The notes below the pieces were generated by a model. The model was not told where the DNA came from. It did not search any database and was given only the letters and a program-made list of their open reading frames with translations. A program made the translations under genes and the position numbers. 64,000 nt of DNA, from the NCBI RefSeq assembly GCF_036321535.1, contig NC_087437.1:66094001-66158000 (forward strand). Direction: 5' to 3'. How positions within the stretch are numbered: position 1 is the stretch's first letter; every line of letters starts with the position of its first letter. The DNA is from Camelus dromedarius (Eukaryota). Positions 12,600 through 27,212 of this stretch are shown here, piece after piece.

Positions 12600-14420
12600 A
12601 CAGTTGAGACTAAACTAGTGGGCTAAAAGATCAAATGGAGCAAGTACCTCAGAGCATAGGGTAAAGATAAAAGGTGACTGAAATCATGATAGAAAAGACA
12701 AGAGACTTGAGGATAGACCCAAGAGGCTTAGCATACAATATTAGGAAAGCTGGATGAAGAAAAAGGCACATATGAAGGAAAGGAAATAATTAAGCATATA
12801 AAGGAGAAGTTTTCCTTGGATCAGGAAATACTTAAGTCTACACATCGAATAGGCTGTCCAGATTCCAAGCTGAAATGATGCGCGCACGCGCACACACACA
12901 CACACACACATCCTAGTAAGATTCCTGGACACTTAAGGAAGAAAAGAAAATTTTACCAGCTTTCTCATAAAAAGAATAGTTGCCTTATTGTAAAGAAAAC
13001 AGCATCAGACATCTTACCTGCATCACCAGTAGCTGGAATTCAGTGGAATAATCCACAGATTTCTGACAGAAAAAGACTGTAACTCAAGAATACCATGACC
13101 AGCCAAGACAACATTCAGTCGTCACCATGAAAGAATGATACCTGCAGATATGTGAGGAGTCAGAGACTAACACCTATATTTTCCCACTAAAGGGGAAACT
13201 TCAGAAGAGGCTCTAGTCATAAAACAGATTAACCATAACAGAGGGTGCGAGGTGATAAATAAGGATGAAGATGCGAGTGAGCAACAAAACTTAGAATAAA
13301 TGGATCAAAATAAAGACAGAGAGATACACGTAGATAAAAAGGAGAGGGATAGAATCAGACTGAAAATGTGTAAGTGGATATACCAAACAACATAATAGCT
13401 AAATATATAAGATGTAAAAGTAATGGAGAGAAGTACTGTCTGGTTCCCTCATCCATGACTTATGATCTTGTGAGAAATGGTAAGACATATAAAAACAATT
13501 TGATAAAATACGATTATAGCAGAGACTTTAATACTTTATTCCAGAATTAAGCAAATCTGGTATAGAACAAATACGGATGACACAGGAATTGAATACTACA
13601 ATCAATAAACTTGATGTAACATTTGTGTACAGAATCTAATATCCCTCAAACAAACAACCATAAAACATTTTGGGGGTAGTCATAGAAAATTTACAAAAGT
13701 CACTCATATTTGACCACAAAGAAAACCTTGACAGAGTACCAGAATCACATTCTCTGATAGTAATTTAATAAAGCTGGAAAGAAAGAATGTAAGGATGACC
13801 AAAAGCCATACACAGAGGAGCTCCAAACAAAACTAAAAGATGCCTATAAAGCAATGAGAAAAGAGTGCTTTACACCAAAGCCCAAATGTCACAGTGGAAA
13901 CTGTATTCAGAAGAAAAGATATGCCTTAAATGCTTTTATCATTAAAGAAAATAATATAAGAAATAAAGTTAGTTTTTATCTTAAGAAATTAGAAAAAAAG
14001 AGCAACAAGATAGACCAAAAGAAACTAGGAAGAAGGAATTAATATTACAGCTAAAATGAACATACAGGAAATGAGGTAGAAAGTAAAAATAAATCTGGCA
14101 AAAGATCTGGCTTAAGAAAAAAACCCTGAGCAAAAATGGATAAAACTAAGAATTCTGTAGAAAATGACAGGCAGAGGAGAAATTAAAAGTATGAGAGAAA
14201 CCTATGACAGCAAACTGAAATCCTAAGAAAATGGACAATTCCCTAGTAAAAATACACATTACCAAAATCAATCCTAAAATACGATAAATATAAGTAGACC
14301 AGTTAGCACAGAAAATCTTGCTATGTACTTTAAAAACTTGCGTTGGAAAGACCCCAGGATTACATGGATTCATAGCTGAGCCTTAGTTGACATTTAGTTA
14401 ATTCTCATGTTATTTTTAAA
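12600..14420 (+). mobile_element. Ancient degraded L1 (ORF1/ORF2 remnants)
   Basis: A-rich strand with decayed L1 motifs, e.g. cacattctctgat...aataaagctggaaa, gccttaaatgcttttatcattaaagaa, gaaaatggacaattcccta and ccccaggattacatggattcatagctga. Confidence 0.6.
12879..12910 (+). repeat. (CG)n(CA)n microsatellite
   Basis: tgcgcgcacgcgcacacacacacacacacaca seen directly. Confidence 0.9.
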
Positions 14421-14504
14421 TAGCCAAAACCTAGAGCAAAAAAAAAGGGGGGGGGGACCCTCTTCATTTTCATGTTTAATATCAAAGCTTGATATATAGT
14501 TGGC

Positions 14505-15042
14505 ATATTTCATGTAATCCAAGATGCCAATGATTGCAAAATTCACGTTATTCTACGTACCAGGACAAAAACACTTTGTTAGCACTTAGAATTTTTACTT
14601 TAAATTTACTCAAATTTAGGCTTATTTTAAAAGATTATCTTCTGTCACTCTTGTGCATCATAAAAAAGAAAATGTTTTCATACTAAGAGTCAAGCCCTTC
14701 TGAATCACTTTGCAATTCAAAGCTACTGATGTCTGTGTTTTTGCATAAAATACTGTCCTCTACTGCATCAAAATCATAGGTAATACCGCCTTTCCCAACA
14801 GAAGGGCCCATTGTCTCCAGCTTTTTTCCCCCAAACTACTGACGCTCACTTGGCAAGTTTAGACACTGCATCTCTCTTGTTCTTGCTCTGGGTGTCAGTG
14901 GAAGGTTTCAGACAAGTTCACACAGGCACCGGCAAAGACAACTATGTCACAACTTAGGCCTGGCCTAAGGCAATCCTCAGTGGCACCTTGATTTCAGAGA
15001 TACAGTGAAACAATCTGCATCACAAAATTGATGAAACAGTAC
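14505..15042. mobile_element. Probable ancient Tigger-like (TcMar) DNA transposon remnant
   Basis: The ends are degenerate inverted repeats: tatttcatgtaatccaagatgc on the left and gcatcacaaaattgatgaaacagta on the right. Family assignment is uncertain. Confidence 0.35.
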
Positions 15043-15249
15043 AAAACCGTAACCTCACACATGGAATACAGGTGCAAACATTCTAGGTAAGGTATCGGCA
15101 ACCAGAGTCCTGCAATACTTCAAAGAAATAATGACCAAACACCAGACCCTCAAATCCGAGGAGCAGTTGGGCCATCAACAGGAAGAGAATTTGAGTAAAG
15201 ATGATCAAGCCTTGACTAGAAGAGTGCTAGTATCACTTTTTCAGAAGAA

Positions 15250-15420
15250 CAGTACTTGACCAGGGGCCCAGAGACTCAGGTTATAATCTTAGCTCAGTCA
15301 CTGAGCTTCTGTGTGACTTGGACCTGTATGTGTCACTCCCTGGTCTCAGTGTCCTCAAGAAAAAGAAGGGCATACCCAAGGTCTTTTCCAGCTCTGATAT
15401 TCTGAAAGCCTGTGAATCTA
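15250..15420. mobile_element. MIR-family SINE remnant
   Basis: agagactcaggttataatcttagctcagtcactgagcttctgtgtgacttgg...tctcagtgtcctc...aaggtcttttccagctctgatattctg. Confidence 0.6.
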
Positions 15421-15829
15421 GGACAGTGTCTCATCCATGAAGAATTCAGCCCGGCTTTTGTACAGAACTTGGTGAAAGTCAAACCCTCAGTTATTCAGGT
15501 AGAAAACTGGTCACACTGCCCAATAAATTCTCCTGCTCTTTAATTTCACACAACAGTGCAGGGTCTAACCACAAATACAGTGAAAACAAAAAATTGCCAA
15601 GTTCCCCTCCCCAACTTATTCCAGACAAATGTTCATGTCCTGGCTTCTTTCTGACCCCCTATTAAAGCCTCAGGAAGCCTCCTGTGCAAAGCCCTTGGTG
15701 CGTCCAGGACAAGGCACTGAGCCTGCTTTTACTGCTGCCTCAGAGATTTCTCACACGCTCACTCTCTCTTCCTGCAGCTCCTTATTCTCCTCTTGATACT
15801 TCTTTTATTTAAAATGAATTTACATATAT

Positions 15830-16510
15830 TTATTTACTTTTTTATTGTGGAAAAATATACTTAACATAAAACTTACCATTTTAACCACTTTTGAGTATAC
15901 AATTCAGTAGCATTAGGAGCATTCACATTGTTGTATAACCTATCTATCTAATTTTTACATTAAAAAAAATAACCACATGACCTTAGTGACAAATTCAAAT
16001 AGCACCTGAAGGCATCAGTGAAAAATTAGTCTCCTAGCCATTTGTTCCAAAGGAAATCACTCTTAAACATTTCTTGTGGCTCTTTCCAGAATTATTTTTA
16101 ATTTATTTATCAGTATATACAGTACATACAGTACATATTTTAAAAATACTTATACAAGCAGTTTTTTTATTTTTAAAGATTTATGCACATTGTGCTGTCA
16201 TTCCCTTTTCATTTATCTTGGAGCTGTTTCTGTGTCAACACATACAGCTCTACCTCAATCTTTTTGTTATTTTTAAATGTGTGATTATAAGATAATTGAT
16301 TTAACCAGTATCCTATTTATAGCATTATATTGTCTCTAGTTTTTTGTTGCTATTGTTTTTTTTTCTTTTTGTAACTGCTATTTTTGCGACGACAAATAAT
16401 GTTGCAGTAAGCATCCTTGTACACATAACTTCTCATACATTAGCTACTCATATCTGGAGTCTCAGTTCTTAACGGTAGAATTCCAGGATCAAAAGGGATA
16501 TGCATGTAAC
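15830..16510 (-). mobile_element. Old L1 3'-end fragments (L1MB/L1ME-like)
   Basis: aacataaaacttaccattttaaccacttttgagtatacaattcagtagcatta and aataatgttgcagtaagcatccttgtacac are antisense L1 3'-end motifs. Confidence 0.65.
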
Positions 16511-18824
16511 TACTTTATTTTAAAGACTCTCTTCTTTGTAAAGTCTAAACGTGAAATGGTTTTGTTTCTCAAACCATCACTTTCAACTGTGTTATTCTGA
16601 ATACCCTTCGGGCTTTTAAGGGCATCTTGAGCAGATTCCATACCTTTCTAGTCCATTTAAAACTTCAAAGCTGAGTCAGAGCTCTCCCTTTCCCTTGAGA
16701 GGCTTGGAAGGGCTCCTTCAATGATTGAAACAGTGGAGGAATGGAAGTGAGGGAAAAGGCAAACCCTTCTTGACTTTAAACATCTCTTGTTGGCTATGCT
16801 GCTTCTCTGGCTAACCAGGTAGATGGTTGATGTTATCTGTGTGGCAGGCATCAAGATTGTTTGTTCTTTAGCAGGACCTTGTGAGGCCTCCTTCTCTGTT
16901 GCACAGTTCTCTGATGTGAGCAACATGGCTTTAGCTCACCCTCTTCCATTCCATCTTAGCTCTCACCACTGGACCACTGGAGTCCACTTCACAGCTGTTG
17001 CTCCCTGAATGGGTAACCATCTTGGATGGAGCGCTGGCAAGATAATTCTGTAGGGTCTTCTCAGTCCATTAAACAACGAAGTGTCCTTGCCACACTTGGA
17101 GTCTGCATTCACTGGACTTTGGGAGGAGGGGAGGGGAAAGCATCCCTCCTTCCCTTTCCCAAAGAAGAAAGGAAAATCCTCTCAAGGAGATTGTAGTAGC
17201 CTTTTCTCACAAGACCACCACCATTCCTCCCATTCTTCCCAGTTTTCTTAAATTGACTCAGCCTGAAGTTGAGGTGTGGTGACGGTAGTTGTGCCGGGTT
17301 TGCTTCCTTCCAGACACCCTGGGGAGGTATTTGCCCCATCTGAAAGTGATCAGTTGATGCCTCTCTTGAAAATGTATGCATATCTAGTTTTTCTTACTCG
17401 TGTCTAATAGTATGAGCTTTGGTTTTAAATGCAATTTAAGAAGAGAAAAAGTCCCTCTCAATTTCTTGTTACATGCATTTATCTATTTACAAATTACTCT
17501 CCAAAAAGGTTATATGATGTACACTATCATCAACAGCAAATGGGAATGCCTGTTTACCTAAACCCTCCCTAACACTCGCCTCAACATTTCTGAAGATCAA
17601 AGCTCCTGGCAGAACCAAACTTCTCAATTTACTTTGTCTTCTACAGGAGCAGGAAGAAAAAGAAACCAGACTGTGAATACAGAGTCCCAATCCCCTGCAC
17701 CACCAGACTTGACACACTGCCAATCCATTGCAATTTTTTGGAGGGAGTTGCAGTCAAGGACTCAGCTTTCCTTCCCCGATCCCAACCAGCCATGCTCATA
17801 CACACATCTACATTTCTATGCCAGATGCCTCCATTCAGAGTCCTTCTTGTTGGGGGCCTTGGATGAGGCGCTCTTCTCTACTTTGACTCAGTATATTTCC
17901 ACTACTAGCCCTTCTCTCTCTCTCCTTCTCCCTGGCCCTCAGGTCCATAAATAGAAGCGTTTTGCTCAGGGCTTTTTGACAGTGAGATGATTGCTCTCAT
18001 ATGTACTGCATTCACCTGAAAAGTTTTCAAAATATGTACATTAAGAACCTAAATGCCCAGCAATAAGGATGGTACAAATAAATTTTGGTGCATTTATAAT
18101 GTAGAATACTATGCAGATATTAAAAGTGATAATGGAGATAAAAGAAAAGATGCTTATCACTGGTGGTTCAAAGCAGCATGTACACTATATTTGCAATTAT
18201 GTAAAGAAAAAGTATGCAGACAGGAGAGTTACCAATGGTTGCCTCTGGGTGGTGAGGTAATGCATGTTTGATTTTCTCGCCTATCTGTATTTTCTTATCT
18301 AGGATGACCACGTATTATTTCTGTAATAAGAAAAAACAATGAAAGTTATTATTTTTAATGTGCATACTCTTTGAATGAGTGATTCTATATCAAGAACTCA
18401 TCTTAAGAGTACAATTTTAAGCATGCATGAAAAAATTTAGCTAAAGTAATGTTTATTGCAAAGTTGTTTACTATGAAGCAATCTAGTAAAAATCTAGAAA
18501 TAACTTAATTTCCAGTGTTCAGAGATTGGGAAAACAAATTTTAATACATCCATAAGTTATATTAGGCAGCTAAATTAAATATTTAATTACCTGAAAAGAG
18601 GCTCATAGTATAGCAATGGTTTTTTTTAAAAACAGCAGGTTAACACAACACTGTATTTCCATAATCTATGACCCAGAAATTCCACTTCTAGGAAATACTA
18701 GCACAAAGAATCAAGTGTAAATATCTTGACTGTGTCATTTCAGTGAAAAAGTAGAAGCTACACAAATTTTATCAAAGGAGAATGCTGAAACAAATGATAG
18801 TCCACACTCATATAGTGGACTACT

Positions 18825-19416
18825 GATAACCATGAAGATGTAAAATAGGACATCAAAATCATGAAATGTAGGGGAGAGGAGTAAGAAAGTGTAGACTTTT
18901 AAAGAGTGTGTTTGAGCTTATATGACTACCAGGCTAAAACAGGTAGATATAGTAATGGTTTAGCATACTTGAAAACCAGAGTAACCACAAATCAAAAACA
19001 TATAATAGATTCACAAAAATCAAAAAGAAGAGAACTCAAGCATATTACAAAAGAAAACCATCAAACCACAAAAGGAAAAACAGAAAAGAAAGGAACAAAG
19101 AAGAAATGTAAAATCAACTGGAAAACAAGGTTTAAAATGGCAATAAATACATATGTATCAATAATTACATTAAATGTCAGTGGACTAAATGCTCCAATCA
19201 AAAGACATGGAGTGGCAGACTGGATAATAAGACAGAAAGCTACAATATGCTGCCTATAAAAGACCCACTTTATGGTGAAGGACACACACAGATTGAAAGT
19301 GAAGTAATGAAAAAAGATACTTCACGCAAATGGAAATGACAAGAAAGCAGGAGTAGCAATACTCTTATCAGACAAAATAGACTTTAAAACAAGTCATTAA
19401 AAAAAATAAAGAAGGA
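18825..19416 (+). mobile_element. Internal L1 fragment (inter-ORF spacer and start of the ORF2 endonuclease) with TSD and no poly(A) tail
   Basis: Translates to ...SIITLNVSGLNAPIKRHGVADWI..., the L1 EN N-terminus. Flanked by CATATAGTGGACTACT (18809-18824) and CATATAGCAGACTACT (19417-19432). Confidence 0.85.
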
Positions 19417-19569
19417 CATATAGCAGACTACTCAGAAACTTAAAAACAGTTAAATTCCTATCAGCTCATACAAAAAATGTCATGATATTCTTAGGTGAAG
19501 ATATACCCACATGGAGGAATTGTGAAATACATTCTAAAACTTTTATTTCCATACTGTTTCAGTAGCTTT

Positions 19570-19960
19570 ACCACAAGCATCTATCATCATTCTACTTCTG
19601 TCTTAATGAATTTGACTATTCTAGATCCTGCATACAAATGAAATTTATACAATATTTGTCATTTTGTGACTGGTTTATTACATTTGGCATAACATTTTCA
19701 AGGTTCATCTTTATTGTAGCATGTGTCAGACGTTTATGCTTTTTTAAGGCTGAATAAAATTCTATTATATGTATATACAGTATTTTGTTTATCCATTCAT
19801 CTATTGATGAACATTTAGTTTGCTTCTACCTTTTGACTCATGTGAATAATGCTGCTGTGAACACAAGTACGCAAATATCTGTTCGAGTCCCTGCTTTCAA
19901 TTCGTTTGGGTATATACACAATTGGAATTACTCGATCATATAGTAACTCTACATTTCATT
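19570..19960 (-). mobile_element. L1MB-like 3' fragment
   Basis: ttctacttctgtcttaatgaatttgactattctag...gtttatccattcatctattgatgaacatttag...gaataatgctgctgtgaaca. Confidence 0.75.
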
Positions 19961-22900
19961 CTCATCAACAAGGGTTTTTTTGGTTTTTTGAGGTAATAAA
20001 ATTACTTTAAAATTGACCATCATGATGGTTGCACATATCTGTGAATATACTAAAAGCTATTGAATTGTAAAGTTTAAATGGGTGAATTGTATGTTGTGTC
20101 AGTAAATAAATTTGTTTTTTAAAAAAGAAAAAAAGAAAAAGGACATTTGCTTAAGAGCACTAGGGCTGAGCCCTTCTTAACTTCTATCCTCAAGAAGGGC
20201 TCGATAACCAGAAAGCTTCTCAACCTCAAAGGACTTACCAGCATCAGCTGTGTTGGATTCTGGACATCTAGTTTCAGGGAGTCTTGTGCTCATGAAAATT
20301 CTCCCTCTGGCTGTGTGGGGCCACAATGCATTAAACATTTGGTGACGAAAGTGGGTTGGAGAATGTCCATTTTATTATCTTAATTATTTTTAATATACTG
20401 TTTACTTCTGTTTCCCACAGGTGTTCCCCTCTGTATCTTGTTCCTGCCCATCCCATGGAGCTTACTGTTGACAAGTGAAGCCTAGGAGACAGGTTCCCTG
20501 CTAAGACTCATAATGGCAACTCTTTCCAAAGGCCTCCCATCATCGCAGCCAGCACCAGCAGAAGATGTCTCTCACCTTTTAAAGGCTTGCTGAGGGTTGA
20601 AAAGTTAACCTGAAAGTCATTTAGGGGCATGACTGTAACATGAAAAAAAAAAAAAAACTAACAGTAATCTACTAATTACTCAGTCCCTCTGGTTCACACA
20701 AAACGAGCATCCATACATGTAAGGACCAGAAATCTTCCAACTTGCTTTATAGGAAATAATTTAATTTGTGTTCCTGCAACAATCCTTACCTGTTGTGTTA
20801 TTAGAATTCTGGAAGGCATCTGCCTTTCCTGTTCAAAGATGATGCTGTTGCTGCCCTTATTTCTTGCGATAGATTTCTCACATTAGCATCATCTGTAAGT
20901 TTTTTAGGTATGCACCTAGTGTTCCTATGAGTATTCACTTCATCTCTCTAGGCTTCTTTCTTCATTTTAAAAATGAGAATGTTGAACTAGAGTATTTCTA
21001 AAGTCTTTGCTAGTTTTGATATTCTATAACTTATACCTAAATAAGTTACAGAGGAAAATATTTATTTGGGGGACATTTTTCTTCTTTTAAGACATTTAGT
21101 CTCTGTTGGCACCCCTTTTTTTCTATCTAGGACCACCGACATATTAGGCTCTCCTGCCTCTGATTAAGCCAGAAATCAAGAAACCACACAATCTAGTTCC
21201 AATCTACCTGTCCAGTTATCTTCCATTACTTTTCTCAAAGATCCCTCCAGTTCTATCAAAAATGGACTGCTTGCCTTGATTTCTGCCTCTGAGTTCATGC
21301 TCATGCTATTTCCTCTACGTGGAATATCTTCTCCCATCTCTGCCCTTTGAAATCATAGCTATCTTAAACCAAGTCAAGTTCCCTTTTCCCTGTGAAGATT
21401 TCTCTGTGTGGTCCTTGAGAGTAGAATGCATAACGTATCTGTATCCTTAGTACCTGTCACAACACCTTAAACCAGCAAATGATTCCAGAATATTTGATGC
21501 TTATATTATCATTTGAATTGTTACTCCTTGTTTAAATATCTTAGCTCTACTACAAAACTACAGGGACCACGTACATGATTCTTTGCTTCTAGCAACATAT
21601 TGCACAAAATGAACACCAATAAGAAGGAGAATCATATCCCTTTTGCCTCTAGGTTCTGAACAATAGAAATATAAATCCAAGAAATTTACGCACTAATCTA
21701 AATATCAGCTTTTTAATGGTAATGTTAGATTGGAGTACAGCCTCTATTAGAAGTCAAAATGAGTTTCATACTCTTTCCTCCCAAATTGAACTTAACCACC
21801 CAAGCTTAGGCAGAACTTGTACAAACACAGGCCATCTATAGAAGCAGGGTCAGTTCTAGTTAGTCTGCCATATGAAGAAGAGAAGAATGCATATCTTCTG
21901 TGGGCAGGATCATTCCACAGAAAGCCAAGAAAGGGCTTGGCTATGTAAATGCAATGATACTTTTTCTAAAACAATAATCACACAAGTCATTCTATTTCCC
22001 GCAAGAAACAAGTGGGAGGTGAAAGAACAAAGGACTGAAGCTTTCTCCCTAACACTTCCGAGAAAGCAGAACTATGTTTTGGACCATGGCAAGAAATCAT
22101 GGAAAGGGACAAGTTATCTCCTACACTTGACAAATATTTGTGGAAAAAACAGCAAAAGATAATAAAATAAAAGATAATGTCACTCCGATAATAGTTCATT
22201 CTTAGAATGTGCCATTCACAAACCAACCACAGCCCTCTATATAGTAGTGCAAACTGGAACTAGCCTTTGTAGGTCAGTTTGAGGTCAGGCAGGGAGCATC
22301 TTAGGAAACTGAGCTGGGTCTGAATTTCAATGCCTGCTGTTACTAGTTGGTTAAAGACTGAGAGGCCTGGGAATTCTAGTGGCTTTCAAGTCAATTTCAA
22401 GGTAAAAACTCTGGGGCCTTATTTTAAATTCCAAGTGGATCAAAATTAAAAGGGAGTCAAGGTGATGAGCCAAGAAGCCAAGAGGGTGGAGTGTAGAGGT
22501 TACCTTTTTCTTAAGAAGGATTGGCATGAGTGACAGGAAGAGGGGACCTTTAGGGCTGAACCTGATCAGAGTGCCAGTACTAATGTCAATCCATTGATTC
22601 AAGGTTCTAGGTCTCAGATAGTATCATGGGAGATTCTACAGCAAGAACAATGGCTCTCCCCATCCTAAAACATCACACCTGCCAATGTGACACAGGGGTG
22701 CCCTTCCATTTGATTTACCTTGAACTCCCCCACCCTACTTAAGTAGACTCATTAATGTCACAAACAATTCAGGCAGAAATTTTGTCTTCAGAAAGTTTCT
22801 GTTAAAATGTGTGTTTTCTCTAGTTCCCTATAGTAATATCTCAATTTATAATTCAGCTGGCTACCTGAGTAATTCCATATTATGAGACACTTCACAAGTT

Positions 22901-22999
22901 ACCTTCAAGTAATGGCCCAGAGTAATATTAAGACCTAAATTAAAAAGCTTACCAAAAGCTTGTGAACCAAAAGGTCAATTCAATTCAACATGCATTATT

Positions 23000-25900
23000 G
23001 GAAGAAAAGGAGTATTATATATGACAAATTTATTCAGTAAAAAGCAACATCAATTATTCTGAAGATGGAACCCATTAAGCCATTTCTGCTAAAATCAGGC
23101 ACGAAACAGGAAATTTCCAACATCGTTGTTGACCATTACTTTGTAGATTCTGGCAAACACACTATGATGAGGGAAAAAAAGTTTTTCATTGTTATAAATA
23201 CTAAGAAGATACTAAATTATTCATTTTTTATAATATAATTGTTTATCCAGAATTTTTTAAAGATTCTCTTAAAAAATTTAATGGAGTTAAAATTAAATTA
23301 GGTAAGGTGGCTGGATATAAGATAAAATTTAAAGCCTAATTGTTTTTCTTTACGTAAGTCTGCTATGTAAATGGGGAAAATATTTCCTTCAAAATAGTGA
23401 CAAAAACCAAAAAATGTTTAGTAATAAATTAACTAGAAAGGGAGAAGTACTTCCACAATAGCAGAATAAGGACCTCCAAAGACTTACACCTTCTTGAAAG
23501 CAACAAGAACACTCACAAAGTTGTCAAAATCAACTTTTTCAGAACTGTGAAAATTAAAGCCCGCAAAACCTGAGGAGCATTTATTCAAATAAAATGGCTG
23601 AATCTCAATAAGAACAACAAGCTTTGTGGCATTTTAACCTGCTCTAGTCCCATTTGCCTCACCCTAGTGCTGCAGTAGTCTGAAAAACCAACAGCCTCAC
23701 AACTATGACAGTTGTGAAAAACAGCAGTCTAGCAGCCACTGGAGAGAACATAAGCCCCATCCAGAGAAAACTGTCATTATTTGACCTGTCAGGCAGCTCC
23801 CTGGAAAAGTCACATAAACAGGGCTTGTCTTTATTTGACCTGACTCAGGTCTTCATCAGAGGAATACTCTATCCCAGAGGGTTTGACAAAGACAATCAGT
23901 GACAACTTTTTAATATCACAGTTGCCTAAGGTAGTAATTCCAGTTGGAACAAATAAGAAGCTGGCCAAAAAGACTTAAAAGAAAACCTGGAGAATGAGAT
24001 GTCCAGATTTGAAAATTTCTGACACATTCCTGGGAATGTAGAAAGCCAAGTGCACTTGCAGGGCTGTGTGAATATCCAGAAAAGACCTAAGAAGTCCATA
24101 ATCTCTCACCTCTGGCTGACTTGGAGGCACTGAAAAGCAGGAGGTGAAGGCTAAGGCAGAGCTGTAAACTTCTGGAGCATTGAATTCTTGCCTCAAGACA
24201 CATATACACAGAGGTCTTCAGCAAAGGGTGGGAAATTTATTGGTTCAAGTCATTTAATAAAATCTCTGTTCCATCATTAACTACTAAGCTAAGTGGGCAG
24301 AAACTTTAGTGGCTACACAGGACAAAAGATACAGATTTCACAAAATAAGTCCAGGAGAGTCACTAAACAAGCAAACCATAGCAGCAGCTACAACAACAAT
24401 TACAAAAAGAAACAAAAACAGACCCTGAGGGTGGGTGAAATATGATTTACAGATTTGCCACATTATACAATTTAAAATGTCCTTTTTTTAACAAACAAAA
24501 AAAAAAATTATGAGACAAAAAAATAGGAAAGTATGGCCTAATACACAGAGGGCAAAAAGCAGTCAGTGGAAACTGTCCCTGAAGAAGCCTAGATTTTGGA
24601 CTTACTAGACAAAATAATTAAGTCAGCTATTATAAATATGTTCAAAGAATTTTAAACAATCACATATAAAGAGTTAAAAGAAAGAAAATGATGTCTCATC
24701 AAAGAATATCTATAAAGACATAAATTATTTTTAAAACAAACAAAGTTAAAATTCTGAAGTTGAGAATTACAATAAGTGAAATCACAAATCTGCTAGAGGA
24801 TTTATAGCAGGTTTAACAGGTAGAAAAAAGAATCAGCACACTTGAAAATAAGTCAATTGCAATAATTCAGTCTGGAGAACAGGAAGAAAAAAAAAATGAA
24901 GAAAGCCTCAAAGACTCGTGTGACACCATCAAATGTACCAATACAAGCATAATAGGAGTACCAGAGGAGAGAAGAGGGATAAAAGGGCAAAAACAGTAAT
25001 TTAAGAAATAATGCCTTAAAACTTCCCAAATTTGATGAAAAACATTAATGTACACATCCAAGAAGATCAACACACTGTAAGTATGATAAACACAAAGAGA
25101 CCCATACCTGGTCATATCATAGTCAAATTGTAGATAACCAAAGACAGAATCTGTAAAGCAAAAATAGAAAAATGGCTCTTCACATACAAAGGATCCTCAA
25201 TAAAAATTAACAGCTGACTTTTCATCAGAAAGTATGGAGACCAGAAGGAAATGGGATAACATATTCAAAATACTAGAAGGAATAAAAAAAAACTTGTCAA
25301 CTAAGAAAGTTTTCCTATATTCAGGAAAACTGTCCTTCAAAAATGAAGGAGAAATTCAGACATTTCAAGGGAACAGGAACTGAGTTTGTGGCCAGCAGAT
25401 CTGCCCTACAGTAAATGCTAATGGAAGTCCTTCTGGCTGAAATAAAAGGACACTAGACAGTAACTCAAATTCACATGAAGAAATAAAAAGGACAAGTAAA
25501 CATACTACACAGGTAAATATAAAAGACAGTATAAATGTATTTTTTTGTTTGTAACTTTTTCTCCTAATTTTAAAATAAACTGTATTACAAAGTAATTCAT
25601 CATAAAACTGTATTAATGAACTTATAATGTAAAAAAGGGTACAAATAATATTTGTGCAAAAATAATAGCACAAAGAAAGAGGAGGGAATGGAGCTATATT
25701 GGAGCAAAACTTTTGTATACTATTGAAATTAAGTTGGTATTACTCCAAAGAAGATTATTTGAGTACAGATGTTAATCAAAATGCCCAAGGCAACCACTAA
25801 GAAAACAAACAAACAAATAAATAAATACATGTGTGTGTGCATGTGTGTGTATAATCAAAAGAAACACAGTAGATCTGAGGATTTAGTAGATAGAATTAAG

Positions 25901-27154
25901 GACAATCATTTTAAACCAGTGTCAATATAAAATTCAAGATTCAAATTCCTGGGACATAAAGTCTATTTGCTATAGTGTGGGTCATGTCCACTATTGTGGT
26001 CAAAAGAGTGAGGTTCCAAAATTGGCAGATCTCTAGAATTGCACAGGAGAAATTTTCCCAAAGAAGTGTATTTGGAAAAGAAATAAATAAATTATGACTA
26101 CTAAATGTTTTAACACTTTGTTAACTAGAATTTTAATAAATCAAAATGGTCTATTTAATGTGACTCTGCCAGATAATAATATACAGAAAATTTGTATTAT
26201 ACTATAAATGCACGTATATTTGTGAATGGAGCAATGTGGATTAATAGTGACTGGGTAGGAGATTAGAGAGTAGAATGCTATGTCAAATTTTTGAAATATT
26301 GAAAGAGGAGATTGGTTTCCTAAGGAAGTTTGAAACAGCAAGATCTATTTTCATTACCTAAGTGCAATATTGACTCTAGTTATAACTCATGTGAAATTAA
26401 ATTGACATAAACCTGAATAAACTGTAGTTGGTTTAAAAATTCCAAACAAAGTTAAAAGATAAATGAGAGATTGGGGAAAGTACTTGCAACACATACAACA
26501 TATTAACACACAACATATATAGAGTTACTATCTATAATATATAAGAAATTCTTACATTTCAAAAAGAAAAAGACCAGTAACTCAAAAAGAAAAATGAACT
26601 AATTATATGAATAAGCAATTTATAGAACAGAAAATCCAAAAGGGGCAAAAAGAGAAAACATGAGCAGCTTCACTAGTAATCAGTGAAATGCAAATTAAAG
26701 GAACAACTATTCATTTATCAGAATGGCTAAAATTATACAAAGCAAATTGGTATAGCCTTTTAGAAGGTGCTCTATTAACATTTTAAAAAGATCAATCTCA
26801 TACCTGGGAGTCAACACCTCGGAAATTAAAGTACCAGGGCATTTGGATATACATATAAGGATGTTTATTAAAACACTGGTGGCAGTGGCAATTGTTTAAA
26901 AAGAATTTGAATGTCATGAGTAGGGACACTCTTGAATAAATTTTGGTACATCCATACTGGGGAACATTATGCAGCCTCTAAAATAAAAGAATGAATTAGA
27001 GCTATACCTGTTGAATTGGAAGGATTTTTGTGAGATTGTTTAATGAGAAAAGCAAGAAGCATGGAAATGTTTACACTATGATTCCTCATTTTGTAAAATA
27101 AAGATATATAGATAAGATACAGATCTAAATATATATCTATAAGATATATATTTA

Positions 27155-27212
<58 letters not shown>

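Noticed and set aside
12309..12601. Hydrophobic F/L/S/P-rich ORFs resembling membrane proteins
   Set aside because: They are the reverse translation of the GA-rich low-complexity repeat.
16560..17390. Non-repetitive intergenic stretch with several short ORFs, possibly a processed pseudogene
   Set aside because: No recognisable protein similarity, poly(A) tail or TSD; a tBLASTx search would be needed.
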